Shown piece after piece: positions 59,695 to 64,000 of a stretch of 64,000 bases of DNA. The stretch lies in the NCBI RefSeq assembly GCF_943372915.1, contig NZ_CALSAN010000010.1, forward strand, positions 68,891 through 132,890, given 5' to 3'. Made by a program: the position numbers and the translations under genes. Position 1 is the stretch's first letter; every line of letters starts with the position of its first letter. The DNA comes from Ferrovibrio terrae. Lineage in GTDB: Bacteria; Pseudomonadota; Alphaproteobacteria; Ferrovibrionales; Ferrovibrionaceae. Below the pieces are notes generated by a model. The model was not told the origin of the DNA. It saw only the letters and a program-made list of their open reading frames with translations, and ran no database searches.

Positions 59695-61182
59695 ATGGCC
59701 AAATACATCCTTGCCATCGACCAGGGCACCACCTCCAGCCGTGCCATTGTCTTCGATGCCTCCGGCCTGCCGGTTGCCACCGCGCAGAAGGAGCTGACCC
59801 AGCATTATCCGGCCGATGGCTGGGTCGAGCATGATGCCGAGGATATCTGGCGCGATGTGCAGAGCCTGATGCGCGAGGCGGTGGCGAAGGCCGGCCTGCG
59901 TGGTGGCGATATCGCGGCCATCGGCATCACCAATCAGCGCGAGACCACCGTGGTCTGGGAGCGCGCCGGCGGCCGGCCGATCCATCGCGCCATCGTCTGG
60001 CAGGATCGTCGCACCGCCGATATCTGCCGGCAGAAGCTGGCCGACGGCATCGGCAGTGTGGTGCAGCGCAAAACCGGCCTGCTGATCGACAGCTATTTCT
60101 CCGCCACCAAGATTGCCTGGCTGCTCGACCATGTGCCCGGTGCGCGGGCCCGTGCTGAAAAAGGCGAGCTGTGCTTTGGCACCATCGACAGCTTCCTGCT
60201 GTTCCGCCTGACCGGTGGCGCAACCCATGCCACCGATGCCACCAATGCCTCGCGCACCATGCTGTTCGATATCACCGCGCAGGACTGGGACGACACGCTG
60301 CTCAAGGCCTTTGATGTGCCGCGCGCCATGCTGCCGCGCGTGCTGGATTGCAGCGGCGAGTTTGGCGTCACCACCGCCGATATCCTCGGCCATGCGATTC
60401 CGGTCACCGGCATTGCCGGCGACCAGCAGGCGGCCGCCTTCGGCCAGGCCTGCTTCCAGCCCGGCATGATGAAATCCACCTATGGCACCGGCTGTTTCGC
60501 GCTGGTCAATATCGGATCAAGGCCGGTGCTGTCGGATCACCGTCTGCTCACCACGGTGGCCTACCGCCTGAACGGCCAGACCACCTATGCACTGGAAGGC
60601 TCGATCTTCGTCGCCGGTGCCGCGGTGAAATGGCTGCGCGACGGCCTGAAGATTGTCGGCGGCGCGGCCGAGACGGCAACACTGGCCGCGGGGATACCGG
60701 AAAACCATGGTGTCTATCTGGTGCCGGCCTTTGTCGGCCTCGGCGCGCCTTACTGGGACCCCGATGCACGCGGCGCCCTGATCGGGCTCACGCTCGATAC
60801 CGGCCGTGCCCATATCGCCCGCGCCGCACTCGAGGCGGTTGCCTATCAGACGCGCGATCTCACCGCGGCGATGAAGGCCGATGGCGCGGCAAAGCCGACC
60901 GCGATCCGTGTCGATGGCGGCATGGTGGCGAATGACTGGCTCTGCCAGTTCCTCGCCGACATGCTGGATGTTGCCGTCGAGCGGCCCCGGGTGATCGAGA
61001 CCACGGCGCTGGGCGCCGCCTATCTTGCCGGGCTTGCGGTCGGGCTCTATGCCGGCCTCGATGCGGTGGCCTATGGCTGGCATTGCGAACGCCGCTTCGA
61101 ACCGCGCATGACCGCAGAAACCCGGGCGCGCCTCTATGCCGGCTGGCAGAAAGCGGTGCAGCGGGTACTGAGCAAAGCCTGA
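59695..61182 (+). CDS. glpK: Glycerol kinase
   Basis: [43 protein letters not shown]. Confidence 0.95.
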   Translation: MAKYILAIDQGTTSSRAIVFDASGLPVATAQKELTQHYPADGWVEHDAEDIWRDVQSLMREAVAKAGLRGGDIAAIGITNQRETTVVWERAGGRPIHRAIVWQDRRTADICRQKLADGIGSVVQRKTGLLIDSYFSATKIAWLLDHVPGARARAEKGELCFGTIDSFLLFRLTGGATHATDATNASRTMLFDITAQDWDDTLLKAFDVPRAMLPRVLDCSGEFGVTTADILGHAIPVTGIAGDQQAAAFGQACFQPGMMKSTYGTGCFALVNIGSRPVLSDHRLLTTVAYRLNGQTTYALEGSIFVAGAAVKWLRDGLKIVGGAAETATLAAGIPENHGVYLVPAFVGLGAPYWDPDARGALIGLTLDTGRAHIARAALEAVAYQTRDLTAAMKADGAAKPTAIRVDGGMVANDWLCQFLADMLDVAVERPRVIETTALGAAYLAGLAVGLYAGLDAVAYGWHCERRFEPRMTAETRARLYAGWQKAVQRVLSKA

Positions 61183-61192
61183 ACTGGCAGCA

Positions 61193-61221
61193 TTAAAGTT
61201 AACCATTCGCATTAACCTTAA
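61193..61221. promoter_or_regulatory. TTAA cluster including TTAACCAT (CtrA half-site-like) upstream of flagellin
   Basis: TTAA at 61193, 61199, 61212 and 61218; spacing does not fit canonical TTAA-N7-TTAA. Confidence 0.4.
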
Positions 61222-61394
61222 TGTCCGGCTATTTCGCTCGGTTCAGCCTGTAAACCGCAGAAACAACTTGTCGGTGTTCATCCATCAGGGTTAAATATTT
61301 CTACGCTTCCGAAGTATTCGGCTGCGTGTCGTTAAGCCTAACAGCGCGTGAAGCTGACGACCGGTTGACGCTGATCCAGAATGAGATCGGGGCC

Positions 61395-62276
61395 ATGATT
61401 TCGGCGAATACAAACACCAGTGCCTATGCCGCACTGTCGACCATGCGATCGACAGAGTCCGGCCTCGGCATCATTTCCAAACGCATCCAGACCGGCCTGC
61501 GCATAAACGATGCCGGCGACGATGGCGCGATCTTTTCCATTGCCCAGGGCGTGCGCGCCAATGTGCGGGCCTATGCTGCCGTGCAATCCTCGCTTGCGGG
61601 CGGCATCGGTCTGGGTGAAGTGACGCTGGCGGCGATCAGCGGCATCTACAGCATTGTCGGCGATATCAAGGCCAAGATTGCCAGCCTGGGCGATGGCTCG
61701 CTGGCCCAGCCGCAGCTCGACACCTATCGCGGCGACGTGGCCCGCCTGATCGAACAGGTCAACACCTATATCGACCAGGCCACCTACAATGGCCGCAACA
61801 TCCTGCGCGGCGATGCCACGAACGCGCCGATCGATTTCATCGCCGATATCTCGGGCACGCAGCTGTCCTATTCGGTCAGCCACTCCCTCAGCCTGGATGC
61901 GGACGAATTCCTCGGGCCGTCGGTGCTGGTGGTCTCGGCCACCGATGTGTCAGAGGCGATTGGCGGCAATCCGCCTGATGTCGCTACCGCGCAGGATTCG
62001 CTTGCGCGTTTCGAGGCCCAGCTGATGGATCTCGGCCAGGTGATATCGGCACAGAAGCGCGCCATGGAGGCCCAGCGCGGCTTCGTCGACAATCTGGTGG
62101 ATGCAATGAAACAGGGCCTCGGCCTGCTCATCGATGCCGATGTGGCGGCCGAAAGCGCCAGCCTGCAGTCGCGGCAGGTGGCGCAGCAGCTCACCATGGA
62201 ATCGCTCAGCATCGCCAACCGCACCTCGGCGGGCGCCATCAGCCTGCTGCTGGTCCAGGCTGGCGCCCGGACCTGA
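61395..62276 (+). CDS. Flagellin-like protein (short alphaproteobacterial type, divergent)
   Basis: N-terminal SANTNTSAYAAL..RIQTGLRINDAGDDGAIFSIAQ; C-terminal LIDADVAAESASLQSRQVAQQL..SLSIAN. Confidence 0.85.
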   Translation: MISANTNTSAYAALSTMRSTESGLGIISKRIQTGLRINDAGDDGAIFSIAQGVRANVRAYAAVQSSLAGGIGLGEVTLAAISGIYSIVGDIKAKIASLGDGSLAQPQLDTYRGDVARLIEQVNTYIDQATYNGRNILRGDATNAPIDFIADISGTQLSYSVSHSLSLDADEFLGPSVLVVSATDVSEAIGGNPPDVATAQDSLARFEAQLMDLGQVISAQKRAMEAQRGFVDNLVDAMKQGLGLLIDADVAAESASLQSRQVAQQLTMESLSIANRTSAGAISLLLVQAGART

Positions 62277-62340
62277 CGGTCGGCGCCTCCACCCCCCTGA
62301 ATAAAAAAGAAAAATGCCGTCGCGGCTGCGCGGCTGGAAT

Positions 62341-62355
62341 GTTCTTTATTTGTTC
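62341..62355. promoter_or_regulatory. Alphaproteobacterial LexA (SOS) box
   Basis: GTTC-tttattt-GTTC is an exact GTTC-N7-GTTC with an AT-rich spacer, followed by TAATAT. Confidence 0.65.
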
Positions 62356-62426
62356 TTAATATCGTGATAGTCTGAACTGCGGCTGCCGGTATGTCTGGTC
62401 TCCAGGGGTCGTCACGGCCTTAGCGC

Positions 62427-62546
62427 CGAACCCCAGCGAACCCCAGCGAACCCCAGCGAACCCGAGCGAACCTCAGCGAACTCCAGCGAACTCCAGCGAA
62501 CCCCAGCGAACCCGGGCGAACCCCAACGAACCCGGGCGAACCCCCG
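62427..62546. repeat. Intergenic tandem array, 12 x 10 bp, consensus CGAACCCCAG
   Basis: Units start every 10 bp from 62427; CGAAC is invariant and the last 5 nt vary (CCCAG, CCGAG, CTCAG, TCCAG, CCGGG, CCCAA, CCCCG). Confidence 0.95.
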
Positions 62547-62847
62547 CCGCCCTGATTTTTAGCGGCGAATTCGTGCGCGGAGCGCACGCCAGACCGTCCG
62601 ATCATGACGTCGCAGGGAACTGCGGCAAAAGGCGTAGGTTGCAGTGCGGGCCTCGCTGTTGCGCCGCCCAGACCCGTATGCTACGTAAACCCGGCTTTCG
62701 CGCCGGGGGGGCCGTAAAAAAGCTATAGCCACCCCGTAAATTCCTTAAGTCGGTCAATGTCTTAAGTGGAGCGTCGGGAGGCTGGCCCCAGATCCTGGTG
62801 GCGAGTCCCGATCGACGGCTCCGGTTCATGAAGCAGAAGGGTCGTTC

Positions 62848-63407
62848 GTGGCTCAGGAAACCTCTCTTGTTACCGGCATCGCCGGCCGCTACGCGACAGC
62901 GCTGTTTGATCTGGCGCGTGACGCGGGCCAGCTCGATGCCGTCGCCAAGGATCTCGATGCCCTCTCGGCCATGCTGGCCGACTCCGCCGATCTCGTCCGT
63001 CTGGTCCGTTCGCCGGTGTTCAGCCGCGAAGAGCAGGCCAAGGCGATCGGCGCGGTGGCCGAAAAGGCCGGCATGGGCGATCTGGTCCGTCGCTTTCTCG
63101 GCGTCGCTGCCGCCAACCGTCGCCTGTTCGTGCTCGCCGATGTGATTGCCGGCTTCAAGAAGCTGCTCAGCCATCATCGCGGCGAAGCCATTGCCGATGT
63201 CATCTCGGCGGTGCCGCTGAACGATGCGCAGCTCGCCCAGATCAAGTCTTCGTTGTCGTCGGCCGCCGCCGGCAATGTCGTGATCAACGCCAAGGTCGAT
63301 CCCTCGCTGATCGGCGGCCTGATCGTGAAATTCGGATCGCGCATGATCGATGCGTCGGTCCTCACCAAGCTCAATAGTCTCAAGTCCGCCATGAAAGGTG
63401 TTGCGTG

Positions 63408-63408
<1 letters not shown>
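62848..63408 (+). CDS. atpH: F1 ATP synthase subunit delta
   Basis: [37 protein letters not shown]; GTG start. Confidence 0.95.

Positions 63409-64000
<592 letters not shown>

Noticed and set aside
57874-60393. Long antisense/alternative-frame ORFs (e.g. 839 aa here; also 9155-11263, 33058-35145, 27359-29038, 7219-8760, 3635-5203)
   Set aside because: They shadow well-supported genes on the other strand, have no recognisable motifs, and are expected in high-GC DNA.
62427-62546. Array as CRISPR, tRNA remnant or canonical LexA sites
   Set aside because: Units are 10 bp with no unique spacers and no cas genes. GGTTCG resembles a T-loop but there is no cloverleaf. Spacing is GAAC-N6-GAAC, not N7.
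62420-62605. 61-aa minus-strand ORF across the repeat
   Set aside because: Low-complexity product of the repeat; a 10-bp unit shifts frame each copy, and there is no clear RBS.

Overview
High-GC alphaproteobacterial chromosome segment (Rhodospirillales-like; inferred from protein style, an alpha-type SOS box and the atpH-atpA order). No rRNA, tRNA, CRISPR array or transposase was recognised. Left to right: (1) a partial NAD-dependent sugar epimerase; (2) a peptide/amide scavenging locus (amidase, ArgE/DapE deacylase, Dpp-type ABC transporter, divergent MlrC/M81 peptidase and GGT-family hydrolase); (3) a queuosine-precursor transporter with a switch-like leader, converging on a TAXI-TRAP operon that ends in queC; (4) LysR-dadA and RpiR-aminotransferase-BKACE; (5) LysR, DUF1445, TRAP, DUF2848, pxpBCA; (6) a TetR-controlled Tct transporter plus a five-gene orphan sugar-acid catabolic operon; (7) an RmlC-like protein missing its catalytic residues, coupled to ureD; (8) a sigma54-driven urtABCDE-ureABCE operon, separated from ureFG by an opposite-strand four-gene carbamoyltransferase module (SGNH, SxtJ, DUF5989/SxtK, NodU/SxtI-like); (9) XRE/NTF2 pair, eda, DUF1272, glpK; (10) a lone divergent flagellin; (11) an intergenic region holding an orphan LexA-type box and a 12 x 10-bp tandem array; (12) atpH and partial atpA. 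Best leads: the carbamoyltransferase cassette inside the urease operon, the LexA box plus repeat array (possible SOS-induced ncRNA), the leader and queC/TAXI arrangement, the RmlC pseudoenzyme and the TetR orphan pathway. All family assignments come from motif recognition; no database search was run.
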